DNA of 63,037 nt, filler included, from Olpidium bornovanus S191 (Eukaryota > Fungi > Olpidiomycota): assembly GCA_017911155.1 (NCBI GenBank). It is 30 parts of 30 records of this genome, joined end to end, with 100 filler letters (N's around TTAATTAATTAA, not from the genome) between each part and the next. Parts side by side here need not be neighbours in the genome. Positions count along the whole stretch, not along the records: positions 34,970 to 38,503 come from JAEFCI010005744.1; positions 38,604 to 40,053 come from JAEFCI010002389.1; positions 40,154 to 41,160 come from JAEFCI010004762.1; positions 41,261 to 44,377 come from JAEFCI010007089.1; positions 44,478 to 46,100 come from JAEFCI010010683.1; positions 46,201 to 47,563 come from JAEFCI010010892.1; positions 47,664 to 50,109 come from JAEFCI010003487.1; 23 more parts are not named here. The stretch is one strand, 5' to 3'. The translations under genes were made by a program, and so were the position numbers. The notes beneath the pieces are model-generated. The model ran no database searches, was not told the DNA's origin, and saw only the letters and a list, made by a program, of their open reading frames with translations. This document shows positions 36,713 through 49,048 of this stretch, piece after piece (the stretch's first letter is position 1; each line of letters starts with the position of its first letter).

Positions 36713-38503
36713 ATGACCATCGCCGCCAACTCTGCTAGCCCCAGCCGCCCGGGAGCGCCAGGAGAGGCCGCCGACGTAGCCGATGCCCCTGATGCCGCGT
36801 CCGCCGCCGCCGGAGACAGGCGGGTCGCGGCAGAAACATCTGGATCCGCGCGGGGATCGCCCGTTGCACCGGTGAATCCGGCGGAGCGTGCAGCGCCTCA
36901 GCGGGTGAAGGAGGAGAAGGAGAAGGACGAAAAGGCGAAAGACGCGAAGGAAGAAAAGGAGAAGGAGGGAAAGAAAAAAACGTATTACGAGCGGAGGAGC
37001 CAGTACAGGCACTGGAGGTTTTCGGAGGAGCAGCTGCGGGACATCCGGCTCGCCACCAACGCGGCAGCGGTGGAGCGCGTGAAGCGGTCCTTTGGCGAAG
37101 AAAACGTCGGTTTCATTCCCCGTCCCCTTCCCCTCCTCCCCTTTTTGATTCTCCGCAGCCGACCCCGTTGTCGCCGCCCCGCAACGGGATCGACACCCCG
37201 TCAAAGTTTTTTTTTTTTTCTCGAGGGCGCTCAACCTCTCCCAACCCCCACCATCGCCCTCTCTCCTCCTCCCACTCAGAAAAGAAGGGTTGAAGAGGAG
37301 CCGACTGCGGCGACGGTCGACGTCTCTAACCTACAGTTTCTCACCGTCCGCGACGAGCTGACCTTGTGCGCGTTTTACGAGGCAAAGGCCATGGAGTTTT
37401 GCAACCACTTCAAGTACCCCGTCCAAGTGAAGGTGCCGTGAGTTCAACGGCGTTCACGCCCCTCGGGCTCCTCCCAACGAACTTTCGCACAGCGCCAGGT
37501 GCTCCAGACTCCTGACCTTCCGACGCCTGCCGCGACGGCCCCGCCGTGTTTCAAAAAAATAAATAAAAGGCGGCGGCGGTGACCTATATCAAGCGCTTCT
37601 TTCTTCACAATAGCGCAATGGATTACCCGCCCAAGAACGTTATGTTCGTGAGCAATAAACGTTCGACGTTCGTTTTTCGCAGTTTTTCTGTTTTCTTTTC
37701 TCATGCTTCTCACAAAAACTTCTCCGAAATCCGCTGCCCGCCCGGCGCGCCGCAAAATATTCGTAGGATCACGTGTCTCTTCTTGGCAACGAAGACAGAG
37801 AACCATTTCATAAGCGCGGAAAAGATGGCGGAGCGGATACCCAAGACAAGTAAGGCGACGGTGCTGGAACTGGAATTCACAATCAGCCAGGCGCTGCGGT
37901 TCGAATACGCGCCCCACCATCCGTACAAGCCCCTGTACGGCCTGTGGCTTGACATGCAGGTATCCCCCTTTCTTGCTTCCTCCGCCTGCGGTTTACGTCT
38001 TGCTCTTCTTGCTATCGAAAAATTTTGCTGAAGCGTTTGTTGGCCGCAACAGACGCATATAGCCCCACCGGACCTGCACGTGATCCACAAGTCCGCGCAG
38101 AAGCATGCCGATACGTTGCTCTTCACCGACGTTGGCCTCATGTATATGCCGTCGCAGATCGCATGGGCGTGCATGCGGCGAGCCTGCAGAGACCACGGAA
38201 AGGGTGACGAATTCCAGGCGTTCCTGGCAGCGCGCGTGACGGAGGCGTCGGCGTCGTCGTTGCTGTCGAGCGTGATGGACCGAATCGACGAACCTCTACG
38301 CTCGTTCGTAAAGCCCAACATCGATAAGGTCAGAGAGATCGACCGGAGGCTCATACTCTGCAGGAACCCCGAAAAAAACCCCGCGAGCCTCATGTGGGTA
38401 GTTCGCTCTCTTTCCGCTTTTCCGGCGGTTCGTGGTTACCAAGCAACCCGAGATGACCATTCGCCTAATGCCCGTTTCCCCTCCCCCCCCACCCCCTTCC
38501 CCC
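36713..38503 (+). CDS. CCNH: Cyclin H (CAK/TFIIK subunit, Ccl1/Mcs2), multi-exon, 3'-truncated
   Basis: YERRSQYRHWRFSEEQL; FLTVRDELTLCAFYE; TYIKRFFLHNSAMDYPPKNVM|ITCLFLATKTEN; LELEFTISQALRFEYAPHHPYKPLYG; LLFTDVGLMYMPSQIA. Confidence 0.95.
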
Positions 38504-39001
38504 NNNNNNNNNNNNNNNNNNNNNNNNNNNNNNNNNNNNNNNNNNNNTTAATTAATTAANNNNNNNNNNNNNNNNNNNNNNNNNNNNNNNNNNNNNNNNN
38601 NNNCATGGCTTTATTTCGGACCCCTCCCAACCTCTTGCCCGTTATATTTAAGAGAAAGAGAGAGTGTGTGAGAGAGTTAGCGAAAAACGCGAAGAACGAA
38701 GTGGCTCCGCCGCGTCCACGGTTGCGCCACCAAGGCCGTACATTGAAGGAGCCGCACGCAAGTTGGCATAAATCACTATTATTCCTGTCAGCTTTGGGGG
38801 GGGGGGGGGTTGTTCGGCGCGGCTGTGTGCGTTTTTATTTTTTATTTTTTTTTGTTTTCGGGAAAGGCTTCCTTTTGAATTTCCGGGCGGTGGCGCGCGC
38901 CGCCCAGACACTCCCGCCAGAGGGCGGGGAAGCCGGCTTCCCAGCGGACGGCGGCGCGCCCGGAAAGCCGGAACGTACTTCCTGCCGAACCCACGGCAAT
39001 C

Positions 39002-40053
39002 ATGAAAGTGGTGGAGCAGAGAGATGCCCTGCTTCGAGACGTGGTGGCCCGGCTGTCCGCCGACCATGTAAGCCCAGGGGCGTTGCCCCAGAGGCGTGCG
39101 CCCGAACCCCCCCCCCCCACGCCCTGCCCGATCGGTGCGAGAGAGGAAGAACGTGTGCGAGCGCGCGGACCGGCGCGTCGCACTCATTTGTCCCTCGTGT
39201 TGCTAGCCGAATTTGGATGTCCCACGAAACCTGCAGCTCGCCAAGAGCCTGATAGAGGCCGACCGGTCACCCTCTACGGACGAAAAAGCAGTTGCTATGA
39301 GGATCGAAGGGTGCGCGAACAACTCGTCCCTTGCCACGCCTACACGGTTGTGTGCGTTGAATCACGCCCGTCTCCGCGACTGATATAGCTTAGCTGCTCG
39401 CCACGTTGTAGACTGGTAGAAAAATTTTCCATTGTCGGACACGCGGAGCGCTCCCGTGTTCTGAAGGGGCGCTACGATGAACTGTCTCAGTACCTCGTCC
39501 TACCGAAGAGCCGGCTTTCGAGCCACCAGCATGTCTTGTTTGACTGCCTTCGTCTTATCGTCGAGCTAGCAAACGTGTCTGTTCAGGATCCTGATTATGC
39601 AGGCAGCCAGGCGCCCCTCGTGCTCGTTAAACCTATGCTGACGTGGTCAGACATAGTGGCAGAGGAGCCACTACAAGGAGAGCACTGGGATGTTCAATCG
39701 GCCAACAGCCAGTCCAGCGATGAGGAGGAAGACGCGAGTGACCGCAATGAAAGCCTACCGGCGGAGAACGTGAGCACCTCGGGCGTCATATTTCCTGCTG
39801 ACAGCCAACGGTGCCAGAGTTTTGTTCGGAACCAGTCGCATCGCCTGTCTACAGGTACGGGAAGCAGATGAACCTCGAAACGACGGTTCCCTTTATAATT
39901 CACACGTAACTGAAGCGACTGAGGACACTGCGCTCGTCGCCCGCTTCCTCGCTGGACGCTACTTCGGTGGCAATCATCTGCAGAGGCCAACCTGTGGTAT
40001 CTCGAAACTCCTTTACTACTTTTATTGCTCGTTCCCTCTCTGATACGCCATGG
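39002..40053 (+). CDS. TUBGCP5: Gamma-tubulin complex component 5, N-terminal part
   Basis: VAMRIE|..LVEKFSIVGHAERSRVLKGRYDEL; HVLFDCLRLIVELANV; LTWSDIVAEEPLQGEHWD followed by an acidic SSDEEED patch, as in GCP5 N-termini. Confidence 0.72.
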
Positions 40054-40153
40054 NNNNNNNNNNNNNNNNNNNNNNNNNNNNNNNNNNNNNNNNNNNNTTA
40101 ATTAATTAANNNNNNNNNNNNNNNNNNNNNNNNNNNNNNNNNNNNNNNNNNNN

Positions 40154-41160
40154 GGACAGACGCAACACTAGAAGGGGTCGCTACAGCCCACGTGATGGTC
40201 ATTCAGCTTACTCGAGACTATACTCGCCGCCCTCTCGTCCGGTCCCGGACTGCTTACATCCACCGAAAGGCATGAGGAGATCTAACGCGCCAGTGCCAGT
40301 CACCACCCAACGAAAGCCCGTTTCCGCATAAAAAAAGAACGTTAGCGACCAATGGGATCGAAAATCCTGCTCTGATGAAAAAAGCTCGGAATCGTTAACC
40401 TACCGCGAACCATCCAGCAGTTCACCCTGCAGACCGTTTTATGTCAGCAGAAGTGTGAATTGCTCTTTCTTGCAGCTAGCATGGCTCGCTGGCCCCCTTA
40501 CCAGACCGTTCCCACATGTAGCTGCTGGGCCACCCTCGTCGCCCTCTTCCCGTTCTCCGTCCATAAGCAGGCAGAAAGCCCATAAGGGGTTCCGTTGGCG
40601 TATTCAATCACTTCGGCCTCAGACTCAAATGGATAGATCGTCACCACCTGAAATGGCAGCCCGAGGGCAAAAAGTGCTCAGTGCCAAACCCCAACGGTTG
40701 TTTTCCCTCTGGCGCCACGGAACAAAAGCCGTCCCGGCAAGATCGCCTCACCGGGCCAAACACCTCCTCCTGCATGATCCGAGACGTTGGGCTGACACTG
40801 CGCGACGCACTGTTGGTTATCATGATACGCCCCAGGGGTGATAAACATGCGGCAGCAATTAGTCGGCTACGTCCGGTGAACAGCATACCCGGTAACGACG
40901 GTCGGCTGCATGAAGTAGCCGCCCTCAAATCCGGCAATGCTCATCCTCTCCCCGCCGCATTCAATCGTCCCCCCTTCTTCCTTGGCGATCTTGACGTAAT
41001 TCATCACCTTCGCAAGATGTTCTTTCGAAACTAGGGCCCCCATGAAAGTGTCCGGGTCCGACGGGTCGCCCACGCGGAGCTCCGATGCGCGCCGGATATA
41101 ATCCTTGAGAAACCGATCGTAGACAGAAGCTTGGACGAAGACCCGGGAGCCGCAAAGACA
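40154..41160 (-). CDS. Aldehyde dehydrogenase, ALDH8A1 (2-aminomuconate semialdehyde dehydrogenase)-like, C-terminal half
   Basis: CLCGSRVFVQ..GDPSDPDTFMGALVSKEHLAKV; IMQEEVFGPV; YANGTPYGLSACLWT; GTVW|VNCWMVR|DLLMPFGGCKQSGTGREGG. The CLCxSR and VNCWxxRD motifs favour ALDH8. Confidence 0.88.
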
Positions 41161-41260
41161 NNNNNNNNNNNNNNNNNNNNNNNNNNNNNNNNNNNNNNNN
41201 NNNNTTAATTAATTAANNNNNNNNNNNNNNNNNNNNNNNNNNNNNNNNNNNNNNNNNNNN

Positions 41261-41306
<46 letters not shown>

Positions 41307-41414
41307 GCAACGCCGCGTGAGAGGAAAACGCCGCTGAACTTCCCGGCCCGGAAAACGGTTTGCAAACCGGCACAAAAAAATAAAATAAAATAAAATAAAA
41401 TAAAATAAAAAGTA

Positions 41415-41990
41415 ATGCCGCCGTCTTTGCCGAGCGCGGCGGCTCTCCGGTCTGGCCTGCACAGGCTGGTCTTCGGGGCGGGAATCGGACGTTATCCGCG
41501 GACTTGCCAGTCGGCCCGGTCCGCCGTTTCTGCGTCTGCGGCCGCGCCGCACCCCGTCCCGCCGCGGCCGGCGGCGACCGTGCCGCACCCCGTCCCGCCG
41601 CTGCCGGCGGAGGCCGTCCTGAAACCTTCGCCGGCTTGCGACGAGGTCGAGTCCGACCGCACCGACGACGCCAAGGCGCGGATTCTCATTGGCTTCACGT
41701 GCACGGTACCGCAGCCCTCTTTCGCGTTCACCTGCGTTCTCGCTCTCACAAGTTAGTGGAAACCACCTAAAAAAAACCTCGTTCTCCTGCCATCTCCCGT
41801 GTCCATGACAGGTGTGCCAAACGCGGCAGCACAAGACCATGTCCAAGCTTGCGTACACCAAGGGCGTGGTGCTGATCCAATGCGAAGGCTGCTCGAACAG
41901 GCACCTCATCGCTGACAACCTCGGCTGGTTCCGAGATAAAAAAGTCAATGTCGAGGACCTCGTCCGCGAGAACGGCGAGGTCATTCGCAA
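41415..41990 (+). CDS. ZIM17: Mitochondrial DNL-type zinc-finger chaperone Zim17/Tim15/Hep1 (last exon unresolved)
   Basis: ILIGFTCT|VCQTRQHKTMSKLAYTKGVVLIQCEGCSNRHLIADNLGWF (intron about 41707-41811), preceded by an Arg/Ser/Ala-rich presequence-like N-terminus. Confidence 0.95.
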
Positions 41991-42414
41991 GTCTGCACTT
42001 TGTGCTTCTCGTGCTTCAGTTCGGGACGGGGAAGAGTAGTTTGATGAGGCGAAATATGTAGAAGAAGACAGCGCGATGCGTGTTTATACAGGGGAAGAGA
42101 AACGCCGGAGGTCGCCGCAGATAAGCGCGCACACCTGCGTGGTCTTCGTGAACGCTTCTGCCACGACGTCTCCTGCGTGGCATCGGCGGGGAAGCAACAT
42201 AACATATCTGTGCAGCACTGAACGGCCGACCGGGCTTTTTGCATCGAAATGCGACCCTCGGAAGACGGGTGCCGGCGTCCTGCGCGCGGTCGTCCATTGA
42301 CGTGTAGAGTCGGCCGTGACGGAAGAACCCGGCAATAGTTCCGTTTCGGATCTGCGGATGTAAATAATAAGAAGCGGGGCTTTTCAACCGGCAACCTTTC
42401 ATGCCTGTGTCAGC

Positions 42415-44377
42415 TCAATCCGCGGTCGCGTCGTTTGCGGTAGCGACGGTGGGCCCTCGGCGGTTTCTCGCGGAGTATGTCGGGCTATCCCCGGCGGCCG
42501 GGTCGGCAGGCGACAGAGCTGGCAGTAGTTTGGGGCCTCGTCGTCGCGTTTCCACTCGCGACAGCCGACGGGATGGACGTCGGTGGGATTGATGGTAGCG
42601 ATCTGGGTCCGTTGCGCCCTTCATCGAACAGCGAGTCTGTACGTAGTCAGTGTCGGTCTTGCCGGAATTAGCAGCCCACTTGGAGTCCGCAAAAAGGAAT
42701 GGCCAAGAAACCGTCTGCGTCCCGCATTTGGTGGCATACGCACCTGACGTTTCGAATCTGGGCCCCGCTGTCCTGGCCCTGCGCCCGACGTGAGTGATGA
42801 CCCTCCGATCTCCGCCTACGGAATCCGGCCGGTTCTCCTCCGAAACGGCGACGAACGGTTCCTCGCCAGGGTAGCGCCCGTAGACCTGGTAAGACTTCAT
42901 CTTCCTCCTGCGGGTCTCGAAGGCCGCGATGCGACCGAGACGCTCTTCGATTCGTCCAGTTATCACCTGTCGGCGGCACTGGGCGGCCTGTTGGCGTCGG
43001 ACGGCGTCGAGCGTCTGCAGGTAACAGACCTTCGAGGCAGCAAGCTTAACGTGAGTTTTTTCCTCCCATAGAGAAGGCCGAGATGCAAGCAAGGCCGTGG
43101 AATGCGACTCACGTTCACCAACGTTCCGATGTTGATCTCGGACGAACTCCGAACGATGCTCCTCTCGATCCTCGAAAGCTGCAACTCTTCGTCGACGATT
43201 AGTCTTGGGGGGTCGCCTCGAGGACCGCAGATCTTCCTTCGCCACGCATCTTCAACCTGCTGCCTGTCCCTCTGCTCTTCAATCCGCTCGCAGGTGGCCT
43301 GCGCTTTTTCCTTTATCTCCGCCTTCATCCGTTCAGCCTCCTCGGCCGTCCGGCGCCGCCCCTCCTCCTCCTTTTCCGCCGCGACGGCCATCTCGTACGC
43401 CGCATCGTGCGCGATCGCTAGCTCGGCAGCCTTGCGCTCCTCATCTTCCCGTTTCAGTCGCTCCTCTTGGAGTCGCCGGCGTTTCTGCTCTTGCTGTTCC
43501 TCTATCAGCTTCCGGGCCTTTTCTTCCTCCTCCTGCCGCCGCGCCTCCTCTTCCGCATCCCGCTGCCGCGCCTCCTTGTCCTCCTCCCGCTGCCGCGCCT
43601 CATCCCGTTGCCGGGCCTCCTCTTCCTCCGTCCGCTGCCGGGCATCAATACTATCCTCTTCCTCCATCCGGTTCTTTCCGAGCTCAGCGACCAGGTCAGG
43701 AGGCTGTTTTGCCGCCAGGAGAAACGCGGTTTCCACCGGCAGCGGCAAAGGCGGCTGCGATTCCTGCGATCGAACAATTTCCGCCGTAGTCCCTGGGCCT
43801 TGTGCTGGTACCACGGTATCAGAGACCGCGCACACTTCGTGGGGCGTTCCCAATCAGCGGAGGTGGCGGCGTTACCTTGGGATTCAGGTAAATCATCCAC
43901 CGAATTCTGCCGCACTTCTTCCGCTGACACGAAACAAAACAAGAACCAGGTCGGATGCGAGATTCTGACCATCGAGATGAACCGCCCCTGCCGGAGTTTC
44001 GCATACCTTTGGCAGTTTGCTCCGGCCCGCTTTCTACTACGGAGTCAGGGGTCGATGGCCTAGTCAGCACTTCGATTTCGCCGTCCGGAGTCGGCGGTAA
44101 GCGCGGCAGATTCTGCAGCGGCACGGCCGCGCCACTGTCGCTCGGTTCGTCCGGCTGCAGGACGCTTTTTTCGGTTGTGCCAGTCACCGAAAATACCTCC
44201 GGATGCTCTACCACCTTTGATGGCTTGCTAAACGCCGGTTCCACAATCCCATCCCAGGTACGAACGTCTTTTGTCGACGCCAGCGTGACGCTCCGGTTCT
44301 TCGCCATCTCCTTGTACGCGAGGACTTCGGCCATATCAAACATTTCGCCTGTCCCTCCGCGGAAGCCGGAAAACATG
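42415..44377 (-). CDS. Hypothetical protein with Glu/Arg-rich coiled coil (EEEARQR repeats), spliced, 5'-partial
   Basis: Long open frames 43819-44376, 42963-43853 and 42415-43245 with strong E/R/Q heptad-like composition. No family recognised. Confidence 0.55.
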
Positions 44378-44477
44378 NNNNNNNNNNNNNNNNNNNNNNN
44401 NNNNNNNNNNNNNNNNNNNNNTTAATTAATTAANNNNNNNNNNNNNNNNNNNNNNNNNNNNNNNNNNNNNNNNNNNN

Positions 44478-45645
44478 CAGACGATGGTTGATGTTTGCCC
44501 CCTGTCCATCTCCCAACCCGGCAGACATTTTTGACGGTCGATACGCCAAAACCGGCGACACCCCCGCCGCGTCCGCCGGCCCGTGCCCGCCGGACGACCT
44601 CGCTGCCGGGTATTTCCGCGCGAAGAAACTTCACTCTCCGAAACCAACCCCAGAGCCGGCGTACGCGCTGCCGCGGATCGCTGGATACGGCGGCGTCCTG
44701 GACGATTCAGAGAGGCAGAAGATGGTGGAGAAGATGCGGAAGCAGCAACGCAGGCTAGAGGAGTACGCCGGCGAACACCTCGGCCTTGGGAAGGAGGAGG
44801 GCCAGGACGCTCTCCGCAGGAAGCGAAGGTGAAGGAATCTCTGACGAGTGCGCTTTCTGGACACTTGATATGTAGCGGGTGACTCCATCCTTGGCAAGCG
44901 GGGATATTGCCCATCCGCCTGACCGCGCAAGATCCCGTTTTTTGTCCCAAAGCCAACGGAAATTGTGGAGCGCGGCCGACGGAAGGGACACGTTGAAGCC
45001 AATATTTCCGGTACGTTCTTTCCAGGAGTGAGCAGGAGCGAGGATCGGGCGGGCCAAGCGGTCGAACTGCAAACTTATACCGCCGGAAATTTAACGCCTC
45101 TGGGAAGCAGGACGGCCTTTTGGGATCCAACAGTTGCCTCGTTTCGCTGGACGACGACGACCCTGAACGGTGGGTCCCACAGAAGTGTGCTGGGCGGACG
45201 AGAAATGGGACGCGGAAACGTGATTCTTACGGAGGGGGCGTGTCACGCCGTTTGCGGAATGATGCAGCCTGGATAAGCGAGGCGTCGCGCGCTCGGGATT
45301 TTCCACGCGGCCCGCCTCGTCGCTGAGCCGCGCGGAGATAGCGGTGTCAGATGACGCCCTCGGCGACGGCCTCGGCCGGCCGGCGAAGCGGTACGCGATG
45401 CCCGATACCCCCCTCCCCGACCAAAAGTCCAGAATGCTCGCGCGTCTGACTTCGCTTTCTCTTCCGATTTTCGGTCTGCGGTCCTTGCGGTTCATAAAAC
45501 ACAAAAAAAAACCAAAAAAAGAGGTGGGAAATCAACGGGAACCCGGCGCGCGTTATGCCCGCAGACTTTCGCGTCTCGCGCTCACAGTGCTCTTTTTCTT
45601 CCCGAATGGCGGGCGTGTGTGTTTGTGGGGGCGGGGGGGGGGGGG

Positions 45646-45685
<40 letters not shown>

Positions 45686-45944
45686 GGGGGGGTGGTCAGG
45701 GCCGTTTGCAGAACCGACGGGAACCGCGGCCGTGAGACGGCCGCCGTCAGGGACGTCGACGATTGACTTGGACGCCGTCGAGCGGCTGAACGACGAGCGG
45801 CTGAAGAAGCTGGAGGTAAATTTTTTTTTTTTCGGATTTTTCCGACTTGCCCATGAGATCGGAATTTTGGGATTATTACTCTCGACTGCTCACTCGAATG
45901 CCTGGCTTTTTGTTTTTCTTCCTTTTTTTTTCCGGCCCGCCTCG

Positions 45945-45977
<33 letters not shown>

Positions 45978-46060
45978 GGCATGCTCAGCTCCTCGAGCAC
46001 AGCGACACCCCGTCGTCGGACCTCCTCAAGGAGTTCGTTTCTGATGTGAGGGCAACAACT
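44478..46060 (+). CDS. Hypothetical spliced protein fragment
   Basis: Exons with canonical sites join in frame: ..ERQKMVEKMRKQQRRLEEYA..LRRKR|RSRFLSQSQRKLW.. and IDLDAVERLNDERLKKLE|LLEHSDTPSSDLLKEFVSD. Family not recognised. Confidence 0.4.
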
Positions 46061-46219
46061 TTCTCTCCTCGCCGCGTCTGCGCCGCCGGGTCCTGTCTCA
46101 NNNNNNNNNNNNNNNNNNNNNNNNNNNNNNNNNNNNNNNNNNNNTTAATTAATTAANNNNNNNNNNNNNNNNNNNNNNNNNNNNNNNNNNNNNNNNNNNN
46201 CATGCGCATTACAACGCAC

Positions 46220-47117
46220 TAAACCGGCAAAATGCCACCAAATTTCTCCTTGTTCGCTTGTATCGCAGCCTGGAAGACGCTCCGGTACAATTCAATGGGA
46301 CACTTCTCTGGCTAAATATCGGGAAAACCTCGGTTAGACCAGTACGCAACGTACTCTCGAAGGCTCGGCCGCGCACATACCGTGATCTGTAGATGTGATT
46401 AGCCGTCGAGTAGAACGGAGGGACAGCAGTGGGCAGCAGGGAACACCATGGTCAAAAAACACTCCAAAACTGAACACAAAGAACAGCTGAAGGGACGTGG
46501 CTGACCGAAATGCTACAAAAGGGAAAACAGTGAAGCGGTCAAAGGCCAAACGTCAGAATATGACTTCCGGTATCAAACAATCCGTCATAATATAAACTAG
46601 CGCATAATACAACCATAAACGAGGGCCGATGGGCACGGAGATGTGGCGGCGCAAATACGCGCCGCGCACCGTCACGCAGGGGACAAACAGATGAGCGGGA
46701 ACGTGTTTCGCAGCGATACGCGTTCGGCGGAACGGGCAACGCGAAGAAAGCATGCGCTCAATGAGAAAGAGGCGGTGAGGGGGAAAGTGGGAACAAACGT
46801 GGAGAGGAAGGAAACAACCGGGAAGTGCGGTCGCCCTGCCGCGAACGCGTATTGCTGGCAGCCGCCCAAAAGGAAAAGCCGGCAAAATGCAACACAAACA
46901 GCAAAAAAAAAAAAAAAAAAAAAAAAGGAAAGGAAAGGCGCGCAAGCAAAAAAAAGGCGGAGGAAAAGCAGACTCACTCATAGTGGTGCACGTTCTGGCT
47001 GGGCAGCTTGGTCAGGGCAAAGTAGTTGGTTCGGACACGCATCTGCTTCCCCTCTCTGCCGAGCCCGGGCCGCCGCAGGAAGGTCGCAGCCTTGTACGCC
47101 TCTGTAGCGACCTCCAT
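46220..47117 (-). CDS. AGO: Argonaute N-terminal region, four exons including two microexons; 3'-truncated
   Basis: Exons 47117-46978, 46512-46506, 46386-46381 and 46311-46220 give FLRRPGLGREGKQMRVRTNYFALTKLPSQNVHHY-D-IS-IT-PEKCPIELYRSVF..FGGILPVY. The start Met could lie further upstream. Confidence 0.9.
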
Positions 47118-47416
47118 GGCTGCGTCGCTGCGTGCTGGCAAGGATTCTCGGAGCGGGGGAGCAAGCCGGTTTGCGCGGGAGAAGAGGGGAGGGGCGGAGG
47201 AGGAGGTTGGCTGGAGGGAACGGGGAGGGGGGTTGGTGGTTGTGTAGGAAAGTGGCATAAAGCAAGGGGGGGGGGGGGCGCAAGGATGGCACTGCGCACA
47301 TCCAACACCTCGACCCAGAATTTTCCCCTGAATCCCTCTACAGTATAAAACCGGGTAGAATAGAGGAATAGAAGAGCTCCCGCAGCTCCTTTTCCAACCC
47401 AAAAAGTCAACAGTTG

Positions 47417-47458
<42 letters not shown>

Positions 47459-47487
47459 AGGGGGGGGGGGGGGGGGGGGGGACGGGG

Positions 47488-47553
<66 letters not shown>

Positions 47554-47715
47554 TTGCATTGGANNNNNNNNNNNNNNNNNNNNNNNNNNNNNNNNNNNNN
47601 NNNNNNNTTAATTAATTAANNNNNNNNNNNNNNNNNNNNNNNNNNNNNNNNNNNNNNNNNNNNCATGCCAACATTAATGCAAAATGCGCCCTGCAACTTG
47701 GCCCGTCCCCTTGCT

Positions 47716-49048
47716 TTAAACGGGTAGTGCCCGCTCTCTCGCGGAAATTGACCGCGTTCTCGCATCGTATTCTTCAGCGCTCACGCACCCGGCAAGGCAT
47801 ACGTCCGGGCTTGCCGTCTTGGATTTTATGATGGCGACGAAGCCTTCGGAGTGGTGCTTGAAACGGAGTACGCGTTTTTTGCGCAAGGGGAGGAGGCGCG
47901 CCGGCGTCAGCGAACCAGACGGTTTGCAAAAGGAGCCTAAGTGCGGCCTGCATTTGGGAGGGGAGGGGGGGGTGGGGGGGGGGCCAAAACCCGCGTCCAA
48001 ACGGAACCCCACCTTGCGTTTCAACAGATCCCACATCTCGACGGGAACGCGCCCCTCCGCGTCGGCAGCGGCAGCGGTCTCGCGAACGATCAGCCTGGAG
48101 TTCAGTTCCAGAAGCTCCCCCGCGACAGGCGACAACAGGCGGTACTTCTTGCCGCGGCAGTCGACTATCTCGCCGAGCAGAGTGCCGACTTTGATCTTCG
48201 CGGCACCCCGCTTCCGCTTCCCGCTGATCTTCGTCTCGAGCAGGTCCGGGCGGAACTCGATCGAACGCGCAGGCTCTGACTCAGACAGCAGCGGGTGGAC
48301 CGGGGCTAGGCCGACCACGCAGAGGCTGGAAGATGGGCGGGGGTGGGGCGGTCGCGCGGTCATGGAGAAGCGGTTTTGTCAACAAAACGTTATTGTCCGT
48401 GGGCCGCATTGTTTTTTAAGCCCGGGCAGCGGGAGGAAAATTGCGGGCGAGGAGCACTTTTTTTTACCAGTTGGGCGCTTGGAGTACGTAAAAGTCTTCA
48501 CCTGAATTGTCTGGACGCAAAACGCCGGGTGCGGGTTGCGACGAACGGACGGAAAGAGAACGCCGGAAAAGCCGCGAGCGCGCGGAACGGGCGGCGCCGG
48601 AAGGAAGAGGGGCGGGGGCGGGAAGCCGGGCGTTTTTATTTTTATTTTTATTTTTTTTTTTTGGTTTTTTTTCCGAGCAAATCGTCAGCGGAAAAGTTCT
48701 TATTTCCGGCAACTTTGTCCCTCCTTCGCACGCAGGATCCTTATGAAATTTTCCCCCGGGCGGGGGGCTGAAGGGGATGGAAGGGGGGAAAACGCGTGCA
48801 CCTTCGGCCGGCCGGTAGACCCTCGTGAAGTACCGGTCCAGGTAAAGGCGCGGCCCTCTGCTGCCGTCCGCCCACGCGCGCACCACGTCTCGGTACCGCG
48901 GCATGTCGCCGTACGCGGCGGCCGCGCGCGCCGACGCCTCGGCGGTGCTCGCTTCGTCGAGCGTCACCTCTTCCGCGAGGTTTCCGGGGCCGACGCCGCC
49001 GGCACCCGCGGTCGGCGGTTGCGGCTGCGGCGGCGGGGCGACGGACAT
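47716..49048 (-). CDS. ABITRAM: ABITRAM/FAM206A (GCV-H-like fold), multi-exon, apparently complete
   Basis: YLDRYFTRVYRP|..EDFYVLQAPNW|LCVVGLAPVHPLL; KISGKRKRGAAKI; YRLLSPVAGELLELNSRL; EGFVAIIK. Confidence 0.88.

Noticed and set aside
43102-43968. Long Ser/Arg-rich plus-strand ORF (also the antisense ORFs at 50700-51865 and 55572-56424)
   Set aside because: These are antisense shadows of GC-rich coding exons on the opposite strand.
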